Under the pieces are notes generated by a model. It searched no databases, was not told the origin of the DNA, and saw only the letters and a program-made list of their open reading frames with translations. Positions 23,112 through 32,000 of a stretch of 32,000 nucleotides of DNA are shown one piece after another (within the stretch, counting starts at the first letter, position 1; each line of letters begins with the position of its first letter). The position numbers and the translations under genes were made by a program. Where the stretch lies: NCBI GenBank assembly GCA_002479765.1, contig DLOZ01000025.1, positions 84,774 through 116,773 of the forward strand, written 5' to 3'. This DNA is from Sphingomonadales bacterium UBA7471. Lineage in GTDB: Bacteria; Pseudomonadota; Alphaproteobacteria; Sphingomonadales; Sphingomonadaceae.

Positions 23112-23214
23112 CCGCAGCCCTGAGCAGCAGACGCGCAGCGTCTGCGACCGTCGAAGGGCGGGAGGCGGGAGGCGCGAGAGCGGTAAACGCCCTTCGACAG
23201 GCTCAGGGCTTCGG
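23112..23214. repeat. REP-like nested-palindrome element, family 2, copy 1
   Basis: CCGCAGCCCTGAGCAGCAGACGCGCAGCGTCTGCGACCGTCGAAGGG...CGCCCTTCGACAGGCTCAGGGCTTCGG. It closely matches the copy at 27613-27716. Confidence 0.8.
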
Positions 23215-23237
23215 TTTTGTAATTGGACTCGCGCGGT

Positions 23238-23699
23238 TTAGCCGAGCGCTTTGGCCGCGGCCAAAACCTCTGCGGCGTGGTCCTTGACCTTTACCTTGCG
23301 CCAAACCTGCGCAACCTTGCCGTCTTTGCCGACCAGATAGGTTGACCGGTCAATGCCCATATAGCTTTTGCCGTACATCGATTTTTCAACCCACGCGCCC
23401 ATTTGCTCGGTGGCATCGCTGGCTTCGTCGGACAGCAAAGTGACATTGAGGTCATATTTCGCCGCAAATTTCGCAAGCTTTGCGGGCTTGTCCTTGGACA
23501 TGCCGTAGACGGGGCAATGGAGTGCGGCGAAATCCGCCGACAATGCGGTGAAATCCTTGGCTTCGTTCGTGCAGCCGGGCGTATCGGCCTTGGGGTAGAA
23601 ATAGAGCACCAGCGGGCCTTTCAGCGCCGCCAGATTGACCGCATTGCCAGCGCTATCCGCCACATTGACGTCGGGCAGGGTGTCGTTGATATCGGTCAT
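23238..23699 (-). CDS. bcp: Thiol peroxidase / peroxiredoxin Q (BCP)
   Basis: YFYPKADTPGCTNEA. The start is placed at the MTDIND methionine (23699). Confidence 0.9.
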   Translation of the reverse strand: MTDINDTLPDVNVADSAGNAVNLAALKGPLVLYFYPKADTPGCTNEAKDFTALSADFAALHCPVYGMSKDKPAKLAKFAAKYDLNVTLLSDEASDATEQMGAWVEKSMYGKSYMGIDRSTYLVGKDGKVAQVWRKVKVKDHAAEVLAAAKALG

Positions 23700-23712
23700 A
23701 TTGGGTTCCTTT

Positions 23713-26397
23713 TCAAAAATCGCGTGGTCCAAATAGCCGTTGCCATTCGTGCATGACAACCCCGCGATAATCCCTAATCGCAGCCATCAAGCCATCCCAA
23801 TCGGCACAACCAAGGCTGCCCGCGATCAACGCCTGCGCGGCCAATGGCGGGGTGGCGCAATCGGGCGCAACGAGGCGCACCATGACCAACAGCCGCGCGA
23901 ACAGGGCATAGGCCGTGGCAAAGTCTGCGGGCAAATGTCCTTCTGTCACCAGCGCATCAATTGCGGGGCCAAGCTGCGGCACCAAACCGTCATGTGTTTC
24001 CAACTGAAGCCGGTGGATGATAAACTCCATATCGACCAAGCCGCCGGGCAACAGCTTCACATCCAGTTCGCCCTTTGGCGGTTTATGCGCCGCCATATCC
24101 TTGCGCATGCTGGCGATGTCGGCGCGCAGTTTTTCGGGGTCGCGTTGGCCATGCAACACATCCGCGACAATCGCATCCACCTGCGCACGGGCGGTGGCCG
24201 AGCCGAACAGCACGCGTGCCCGCGTCAGTGCCATATGCTCCCACGTCCACGCATTTTCGCGCTGATATTGGTCAAAGCTTTTGACCGACGCGCAGAGCAA
24301 CCCGTCGGCGCCCGATGGCCGAAGCCGTGTGTCGATTTCATATAAAGCGCCCGATGCGGTGGGCACCGACATCGCGGCAATCACACGCTGCGCCAACCGG
24401 TTGAAATATTGCGTCGCGCCCAAGGAACGCGGCCCATTGGATTCGGCGAGATTGCTGCCGGTGAACAATAAGATCAGATCAAGGTCCGACGCATGCGTCA
24501 GCGCTTCGCCGCCCAATCGGCCCAATGCCAAAATGACCAGCTCGCCGCCGTCAATGCGGCCATGCGCTTTTTCAAATTCGGCGACCGTCGCGGCGGTGAG
24601 CGTCTGCAACGCGGCCTCTGCCAAATGGGCGTAGCTGCGCGCGATGTCGCTTGCGTCGCTTCGGCCCTCAATCAGTTGCACGCCCAGTGCAAAGCGTTTT
24701 TCGCCAACATAATCGCGGACAATGTCGAGCATGGATTGATAATCGGCATCGCCAATCCGGCGCGCCATCGCGTCGTGCAAAGCGGCCATGTCGCCGGGCA
24801 AGTTCATCGCGCTCGTGTCAATCAACGCGTCCAGATAGCGGCTCTGCCGGCCCAGATCGTCGGCCAGCGTCGGCGCGTAGCTCAATATATTGGCGACCAA
24901 ATGCAACAGCCCCGGCCGCGCCTCCAGCAAGCGGAAGACGTTGATGGCACTGGGTATCGCCTCAATCATATTTTCGAACCGCGCGATGGCACGGTCCGAA
25001 TCGGGGGCCAGCGCCAATGCCTTCATGATCGCGGGCAGGACGGCCTCAAATGCATCACGCGCCGATGCGCTGCGGATCGCGCGAATCTTGCCGCTGCGCC
25101 ACCGGGCCATGCGCTGCATGATGGCGGCGGGGTCGGTATAGCCCAAATCGGTCAATTGTTCTTCAAGCGGCAGGCCTTCGTCGGCCATGCGCGGCCCTTC
25201 GCTGCCGCCTGCGTCCACCATCCGGTCATAAATCGCCGCGACTTGTTCCGTGATCGGGCGGATCGCGGCAATCAATGCGTCGGCGTCCGCCAGCCCATGC
25301 AAGCGCGCGACGGCATCGGCGGTTTCGCGGTTCTGTGGTATCTCGTGCGTTTGCCGGTCGCTGTGCATTTGCAGACGATGTTCAAATGTCCGCAACTGTT
25401 CATAGGCCGATGATAATGTCTCCGCCTCTTGCGGGCTAATCGGCCCAGCCGCCGCCAGCCGTTTGAGCGCCTCGCGGGTATCGGGCACACGCAGCACGGG
25501 ATCACGCCCACCATGGATCAGCTGATGCGCCTGCGCAAAAAATTCACATTCGCGGATCCCGCCATGGCCACGCTTCAGGTCGAACCCAAGGCCCATTGTC
25601 TGACCCTTGGCATAATGGTCCCGGATCTGCGCGGTCATTGCGGTGATGTTTTTCAACTGCCCGAAATCGAGCGATTTGCGCCAGATGAAGGGCTGGATCG
25701 CGTTCAGGAAATATGCGCCGAGCGCGCGGTCGCCTGCGCAGACCCGCGACCGGATGAACGCCGCTTGTTCCCATGCCAATGCGCTTGATTCATAATAGCC
25801 GATGGCCGCTTCGACGGGCAGGGCGATGGGACTGACCTCAGGCGATGGCCGCAGCCGCATGTCGACGCGAAAGACATATCCGTCGCCATCCAATGCGGAC
25901 AAAAGTTCGATGACGCGGCGGCCATAGCGCACGGCGGCCTCCGCCACATCGTCGCGTTCGCGGTGGGGCAGGGTTTTGGGGTCGAACAGGAAAATCGGGT
26001 CAATGTCCGACGAATAATTCAGCTCGCGCCCGCCATGTTTGCCCAGCGCAATGACGGCAAAGCCTTGGTTGGGCGCGCCGGGCACGCGTTCTTCAATGGC
26101 GGCAGATATGGCTTGGTCGAGCGCATGGTCGGCAAAATCGGAAAGGATGCCTGTGACGCGGCTGAGGTTCCAAATGCCTGCAAGGTCCGCAAGCGCGGTG
26201 ACCAGCGCAACGCCCTGACGCTGTTGGCGCAAGGCGGTGCCAACATTGTCCGCTGTTCGGGCAAGCGATTGCGCCAGCGCCGCGTCAAATTCGCCCGCCT
26301 CTGCCATCGCCATCAATTCGGGGTTGCGGTCCATCAGTCCGGCAAGAAACGGACTGTTGGCCTGTGCGCGTGCGATGGCTTGTGCGACGCGCGTCAT
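23713..26397 (-). CDS. glnE: Bifunctional glutamine synthetase adenylyltransferase / adenylyl-removing enzyme
   Basis: Two nucleotidyltransferase halves: GKHGGRELNYSSDIDPIFLF and GRLGGEALTHASDLDLILLF. The start is placed at MTRVAQ (26397), 4 nt after the tgt stop. Confidence 0.93.
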   Translation of the reverse strand: MTRVAQAIARAQANSPFLAGLMDRNPELMAMAEAGEFDAALAQSLARTADNVGTALRQQRQGVALVTALADLAGIWNLSRVTGILSDFADHALDQAISAAIEERVPGAPNQGFAVIALGKHGGRELNYSSDIDPIFLFDPKTLPHRERDDVAEAAVRYGRRVIELLSALDGDGYVFRVDMRLRPSPEVSPIALPVEAAIGYYESSALAWEQAAFIRSRVCAGDRALGAYFLNAIQPFIWRKSLDFGQLKNITAMTAQIRDHYAKGQTMGLGFDLKRGHGGIRECEFFAQAHQLIHGGRDPVLRVPDTREALKRLAAAGPISPQEAETLSSAYEQLRTFEHRLQMHSDRQTHEIPQNRETADAVARLHGLADADALIAAIRPITEQVAAIYDRMVDAGGSEGPRMADEGLPLEEQLTDLGYTDPAAIMQRMARWRSGKIRAIRSASARDAFEAVLPAIMKALALAPDSDRAIARFENMIEAIPSAINVFRLLEARPGLLHLVANILSYAPTLADDLGRQSRYLDALIDTSAMNLPGDMAALHDAMARRIGDADYQSMLDIVRDYVGEKRFALGVQLIEGRSDASDIARSYAHLAEAALQTLTAATVAEFEKAHGRIDGGELVILALGRLGGEALTHASDLDLILLFTGSNLAESNGPRSLGATQYFNRLAQRVIAAMSVPTASGALYEIDTRLRPSGADGLLCASVKSFDQYQRENAWTWEHMALTRARVLFGSATARAQVDAIVADVLHGQRDPEKLRADIASMRKDMAAHKPPKGELDVKLLPGGLVDMEFIIHRLQLETHDGLVPQLGPAIDALVTEGHLPADFATAYALFARLLVMVRLVAPDCATPPLAAQALIAGSLGCADWDGLMAAIRDYRGVVMHEWQRLFGPRDF

Positions 26398-26401
26398 GGT
26401 T

Positions 26402-27550
<1,149 letters not shown>

Positions 27551-27612
27551 TTAGGGGGGTTATGCGCTGGAGAAAACCAACTTTTCTGAACGGGACATCG
27601 TCTCTTCCTAAA

Positions 27613-27716
27613 CCGAAGCCCTGAGCAGCAGGTGCGCAGCGCCTGCGACCGTCGAAGGGTGTCCAAAGTGCAGGCGCTATACCGATAGACGCCCTTCGAC
27701 AGGCTCAGCGCTGCGG
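27613..27716. repeat. REP-like nested-palindrome element, family 2, copy 2
   Basis: CCGAAGCCCTGAGCAGCAGGTGCGCAGCGCCTGCGACCGTCGAAGGG...CGCCCTTCGACAGGCTCAGCGCTGCGG, in the divergent tgt/tldD intergenic region. Confidence 0.8.
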
Positions 27717-27804
27717 TGATGACTCAGGCCACTCCACCCGTCGCTGCGGGAGGAATATGCAAATTACGCTTCCAACCGCCGCCGCACCGTCCCATATACG
27801 CAAA

Positions 27805-29232
27805 ATGACTTACACCGATCCCCGCTCATATTTGTACCAACCCGGCCTTCTCGACCCTGACGCCGCGCAGCGTATTACGCGTGATGCGTTGAAGGCGTGC
27901 GATGATGGTGAGCTTTATTTGCAATATAGCGCGACCGAGAGCTTTGGGTTTGACGATGGCCGGCTGAAAATGGCGGATTATTCGACGGGTTCGGGCTTTG
28001 GCCTGCGCGGTGTGTCGGGTGAGATGACCGGGTTCAGCCACGCCAATGACATGAGCGAGGCCGCGATTCGCCGGGCAGGGGAAACGTTGAAGCTGCTCGA
28101 TCCTGCAAAGGAACAGCCCGCCCCGCCGCCGCGCCAGAACAACCGCCATTTATATACCGACGGCAATCCGCTTGAACTCGTGCCGTTCGCGCAAAAAGTC
28201 GCCCTGTGCCAACAGATCGACGCCGCCGCCCGCGCCCGTGACCCCCGCGTCGCGCAAGTGAGCGTCAGCCTTTCGGGCAGCTGGAGCGTCGTCGAAATCG
28301 TGCGCGCCGACGGCTTTGTCGCTACCGACGTGCGGCCTTTGGTGCGTCTGAATGTTTCCATCGTCGCGCAAGACGGTGACCGCCGCGAAACCGGCACTTA
28401 TGGTTTTGGTGGGCGCTATCTGTACGACAAATTGTTTGAAGATCATGAATGGGAACATGCCATTGATGAAGCATTGGCGCAGGCGCTGACCAACTTGCGT
28501 TCGGTCGCGGCACCCGCGGGCGAAATGACCGTGTTGCTTGGCCCCGGCTGGCCTGGTGTATTGCTGCATGAAGCCGTCGGCCATGGTCTTGAAGGCGATT
28601 TCAACCGCAAGGGCAGCAGTGCCTTTTCCGGCAAGATTGGCCAGCGCGTGGCCGCGCCCGGCGTGACCGTTGTTGACGACGGCACCATGATGAACCGCCG
28701 TGGTTCGCTGTCGATTGATGATGAAGGCACGCCGACGCAGGAAAATGTCCTGATCGAAGACGGCATATTGCGCGCTTATATGCAGGACCGCATGAACGCC
28801 CGCCTGATGGGTGTTGCCCCCACGGGCAATGGCCGCCGCGAAAGCTATGCCCATGCCCCGATGCCGCGCATGACCAATACATTCATGCGCAGCGGCAATG
28901 ACGACCCTGCCGAACTGTTGAGCCGCGTCAAAAACGGCATCTTCGCCAAAAGCTTTGGCGGCGGGCAAGTGGACATCGTGTCGGGCAAATTCGTGTTCAG
29001 CTGTACCGAGGCCTATTTGGTCAAGGACGGCAAGCTTGGCGATCCCATCAAAGGCGCGACATTGATCGGCGATGGCCCAACCGCGCTCAACAAGGTCATC
29101 GGCCTTGGCAACGACATGGCATTGGATGATGGCATCGGCGTATGCGGCAAAGGCGGCCAAAGCGTTCCAGCGGGCGTCGGGCAACCCACAACCTTGGTCA
29201 GCGCGCTTACGGTCGGCGGCACGGCGGGTTGA
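27805..29232 (+). CDS. tldD: Metalloprotease TldD
   Basis: HEAVGHGLEGDF motif and typical length. The start is placed at MTYTDP (27805); 27757 is an alternative. Confidence 0.92.
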   Translation: MTYTDPRSYLYQPGLLDPDAAQRITRDALKACDDGELYLQYSATESFGFDDGRLKMADYSTGSGFGLRGVSGEMTGFSHANDMSEAAIRRAGETLKLLDPAKEQPAPPPRQNNRHLYTDGNPLELVPFAQKVALCQQIDAAARARDPRVAQVSVSLSGSWSVVEIVRADGFVATDVRPLVRLNVSIVAQDGDRRETGTYGFGGRYLYDKLFEDHEWEHAIDEALAQALTNLRSVAAPAGEMTVLLGPGWPGVLLHEAVGHGLEGDFNRKGSSAFSGKIGQRVAAPGVTVVDDGTMMNRRGSLSIDDEGTPTQENVLIEDGILRAYMQDRMNARLMGVAPTGNGRRESYAHAPMPRMTNTFMRSGNDDPAELLSRVKNGIFAKSFGGGQVDIVSGKFVFSCTEAYLVKDGKLGDPIKGATLIGDGPTALNKVIGLGNDMALDDGIGVCGKGGQSVPAGVGQPTTLVSALTVGGTAG

Positions 29233-29289
29233 TGGGCGCATATTTCGGACCAGATTGCGATATGGCCGAATGAACCGCATGACCCCGAT

Positions 29290-29994
29290 ATGAGCCACGC
29301 ATTCAAGGTTGCGACCTATAATATTCGCAAGGCGGTTGGCCTTGACCAACGGCGCAACCCCCAACGCATATTGGCGGTGCTCAAAGAAATCGACGCCGAT
29401 ATCATCGCGCTTCAGGAGGTAGACCGAAGGTTCGGCGCGCGGGTCAGCGCATTGCCGCTGGCGATGCTGGAGGCGGAGACATCATGGATGCCCGTGCCCT
29501 TGCATTTCCGTCCCGCCGCCATTGGCTGGCACGGCAATGCGATTTTGGTGCGCAAGGGCATGGAGGTGCGGCATTGTCAGCCGATTGACATGCCCACGCT
29601 GGAACCACGCGGCGCGGTGATGGCGGAACTGTCGGTTGCTGGCCACGCATTGCGCGTCATTGGTGTGCATCTCGATTTATCGGGGCTGTGGCGGCGCAGG
29701 CAAATCCGCGCATTGCTGGCGGCGATTGATGCCAGCCCGCGGCATATGCCGACGGTACTGATGGGTGATTTCAACCAATGGTCGGACAGCGGCGCATTGA
29801 ACGAACTTGCGTTCCACCATCACCGGCTGGTGCAAACGCCCAAAAGCTTCCACACATCGCGGCCAGTCGCCCGATTGGACCGGATCATCGTCAGCCACGA
29901 GGTGAAAGTGACCGCGGCGGACAGCCATATTTCGCCGCTGTCCAAACAGGCGTCGGACCATCTGCCCTTATGGGCATCGATCCGCATTGGTTGA
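29290..29994 (+). CDS. Endonuclease/exonuclease/phosphatase (EEP) family hydrolase
   Basis: KVATYNIRK, ALQEVD, and a C-terminal SDHLPL motif. Confidence 0.85.
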   Translation: MSHAFKVATYNIRKAVGLDQRRNPQRILAVLKEIDADIIALQEVDRRFGARVSALPLAMLEAETSWMPVPLHFRPAAIGWHGNAILVRKGMEVRHCQPIDMPTLEPRGAVMAELSVAGHALRVIGVHLDLSGLWRRRQIRALLAAIDASPRHMPTVLMGDFNQWSDSGALNELAFHHHRLVQTPKSFHTSRPVARLDRIIVSHEVKVTAADSHISPLSKQASDHLPLWASIRIG

Positions 29995-30117
29995 ATGCCT
30001 AATATTTAGGCAGAGATACTAGACTGATTAAATTTTAGGCATATCAAAGGGTGGTGGCGCTTATATGCGCTGCCCCTATCGCCTGTAATCGGCGCATTTA
30101 CGTGTATTCCCCGTTTC

Positions 30118-30133
30118 TGGCACGGCGTTTGCA
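30118..30133 (+). promoter_or_regulatory. Sigma-54 (-24/-12) promoter for glnK-amtB
   Basis: TGGCAC-GGCGT-TTGCA is an exact fit to TGGCAC-N5-TTGCA. It lies 34 nt upstream of the glnK ATG. Confidence 0.8.
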
Positions 30134-30166
30134 TATTGCATTGCACAACCAAAATTGGGGGCGTGC

Positions 30167-30505
30167 ATGAAATATATTATTGCCATTATTAAGCCGCACA
30201 AGCTGGACCCGGTGCGCGAAGCGCTCACCGCGCTCGGCGTGTCGGGTATGACCGTGACGGAGGTCAAAGGCTTTGGCCGACAAAAAGGGCAGACCGAAAT
30301 TTATCGCGGTGCCGAATATGCAACCAACATGGTGCCCAAGGTGAAAATCGAGGTCGCGTGCGCGTCCGATCAAGCCCCTGCCGTGGTCGAGGCCATTCAG
30401 CAGGCCGCCGAAACAGGCGCCATTGGTGATGGAAAGATATTTGAATTCGAACTTGCCGGTGCCCTGCGCATCCGCACGGGCGACACCAACGAAACCGCGC
30501 TTTGA
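30167..30505 (+). CDS. glnK: Nitrogen regulatory protein P-II
   Basis: MKYIIAIIKPHKLDPVREAL...T-loop YRGAEY. The gene lies immediately upstream of amtB. Confidence 0.93.
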   Translation: MKYIIAIIKPHKLDPVREALTALGVSGMTVTEVKGFGRQKGQTEIYRGAEYATNMVPKVKIEVACASDQAPAVVEAIQQAAETGAIGDGKIFEFELAGALRIRTGDTNETAL

Positions 30506-30536
30506 CGCGACAATAGCAAGCTAGGGGAACCAGAAA

Positions 30537-32000
30537 ATGTCCAAGACACTTAAGTTTCTAGGCGCGGCGGGGGCGACATTGTTCGCTGCTTTGCCCGCCT
30601 TCGCACAGGAGGCAGCCGAAAAAGCTGCTGATGGCGCGGCAGCGGTGGCGGTTGCCGTCGCCGACGGCCCGATTAAGGCACCGACCGTTGAACAAATGGC
30701 CGGCATGGTCGACAAGGGCGATACGACGTGGATGCTCATTAGCTCTGCATTGGTATTGCTGATGTCGATTCCGGCGCTTGCGCTGTTTTACGGCGGCCTT
30801 GTCCGCACCAAAAATATGCTCAGCCTGCTGATGCAGGTGTTTATGATTGTGTCGGTCGCGGCGCTTGTCTGGGTCACTTATGGCTACAGCCTCGCCTTCA
30901 CCAGCGGTAACGCCTTCATCGGTGGCTTTTCCAAGATATTCCTTCAGGGCGTTAATGCCACGACGTACGCGGCCACGTTCAGCAACAATGTCTACATTCC
31001 GGAATATGCCTTTGTGGTGTTCCAGATGACCTTTGCCTGCATTACGCCGGCGTTGATCGTCGGCGCATTTGCAGAGCGTATCAAGTTCACACCCTTGATG
31101 ATCTTCACGGTATTGTGGCTGACGTTGGCTTATTTCCCGATCGCACATATGGTGTGGTACTGGGCTGGACCAGACTTTCTGGTGGATGCACCGACCGACA
31201 TGGGTCTGCTGTGGGGCTGGGGTGCACTTGATTTCGCTGGCGGCACGGTCGTCCACATCAATGCCGGTATTGCGGGTCTTGTCGGCTGCCTCATCATTGG
31301 CAAGCGCGTCGGCCATGGCAAAGAAGCAACGCCGCCACACTCGATGACCATGACCATGATTGGTGCGTCGCTTCTGTGGGTGGGCTGGTTCGGCTTTAAC
31401 GCTGGCTCCAACTTGGAAGCCAACGGCCTTGCTGCCCTTGCCTTCATCAACACCTTTGTCGCCACGGCTGCCGCTGCGGTTGCATGGTGCCTGATTGAAC
31501 AGTTCCACCATGGTAAGCCTTCGTTGTTGGGTGCGGTTACCGGCGCGGTTGCGGGTCTGGTTGCGATTACGCCAGCCAGCGGATTTGCAGCGCCCATGAC
31601 CTCCATCCTCCTCGGATTTGCAGCATCGGGTCTATGCTATGTCTTCGTCGCTTATGTGAAGAACAAGCTTGGCTATGACGATACGCTGGATGTCTTCGGT
31701 GTCCATGGCATCGGCGGTATTGTCGGCGCGATCGCCACCGGCGTGGTCGCTGACCCCGCATTGGGCGGTCAGGGCTGGATTGACTACACCGTCTTCCCCG
31801 CCATCCCCGGTGAATATGACATGGCCGGTCAGGTGATGACTCAGGCCTGGGCCGTCGGCACGACGGTATTGTGGACGGCGGTTGTCTCGGCAATCCTGTT
31901 CTACGGACTGAAATTCACCACAGGCCTGCGTCCCGCAGAAGATGCAGAACGCGAAGGCCTGGACATCACCGAACATGGTGAGCGTGCGTATAATTATTAA
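30537..32000 (+). CDS. amtB: Ammonium transporter
   Basis: The 487-aa product has a signal peptide, multiple TM helices and the motifs FAGGTVVHINAGIAGL and GVHGIGGIVGAI. The TAA stop lies at 31998-32000. Confidence 0.95.
   Translation: MSKTLKFLGAAGATLFAALPAFAQEAAEKAADGAAAVAVAVADGPIKAPTVEQMAGMVDKGDTTWMLISSALVLLMSIPALALFYGGLVRTKNMLSLLMQVFMIVSVAALVWVTYGYSLAFTSGNAFIGGFSKIFLQGVNATTYAATFSNNVYIPEYAFVVFQMTFACITPALIVGAFAERIKFTPLMIFTVLWLTLAYFPIAHMVWYWAGPDFLVDAPTDMGLLWGWGALDFAGGTVVHINAGIAGLVGCLIIGKRVGHGKEATPPHSMTMTMIGASLLWVGWFGFNAGSNLEANGLAALAFINTFVATAAAAVAWCLIEQFHHGKPSLLGAVTGAVAGLVAITPASGFAAPMTSILLGFAASGLCYVFVAYVKNKLGYDDTLDVFGVHGIGGIVGAIATGVVADPALGGQGWIDYTVFPAIPGEYDMAGQVMTQAWAVGTTVLWTAVVSAILFYGLKFTTGLRPAEDAEREGLDITEHGERAYNY

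Noticed and set aside
28150-29364. 404-aa minus-strand ORF
   Set aside because: It lies antisense to the well-supported tldD gene in GC-rich DNA. The Arg/Ala/Gly-rich shadow-frame composition has no motifs.
30558-31511. 317-aa minus-strand ORF
   Set aside because: It lies antisense to amtB, which has clear transporter motifs. It is a shadow frame.

Overview
This window is a GC-rich chromosomal segment that looks alphaproteobacterial; that call is by-eye inference from gene content and repeat elements. It carries ordinary housekeeping genes. On the left are panB, a small membrane protein plus XRE regulator pair, a GlpQ-like phosphodiesterase, an ArsC/YffB-family protein, a DUF2805-like protein, a GFA-family protein and a small GNAT. 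On the right are guaA, a TetR regulator, xthA, erpA, an M23 peptidase, bcp, glnE, tgt, tldD, an EEP-family hydrolase and glnK-amtB behind a textbook sigma-54 promoter. This backbone is interrupted at about 5353-18016 by a visibly AT-richer island of about 12.7 kb, inserted into the last codons of guaA. An orphan copy of the guaA terminus (I-E-W-E-stop) sits at the far junction, directly upstream of the GNAT gene. A tyrosine integrase sits at the guaA-proximal end, and both island ends carry same-orientation repeat motifs that look like arm-type sites. The island cargo is a complete type I R-M operon (hsdM-hsdS-hsdR) plus about 5 kb of uncharacterised genes. These are a truncated H-NS-like protein, a 191-aa protein with an RNxxAHG (HEPN-type) motif, and an acidic 113-aa partner. 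They are followed by a FimB/FimE-sized tyrosine recombinase, three orphan genes split by a 705-bp ORF-free stretch, and a PD-(D/E)xK-like gene tightly coupled to the integrase. The best candidates for an undescribed defence or addiction system are the HEPN-like cassette next to the R-M operon and the integrase-coupled nuclease-like gene. All functional calls there are inference from short motifs only. Two structured REP/MITE-like repeat families and a heptad microsatellite occur in the core intergenic regions. No rRNA, tRNA or CRISPR array was seen.
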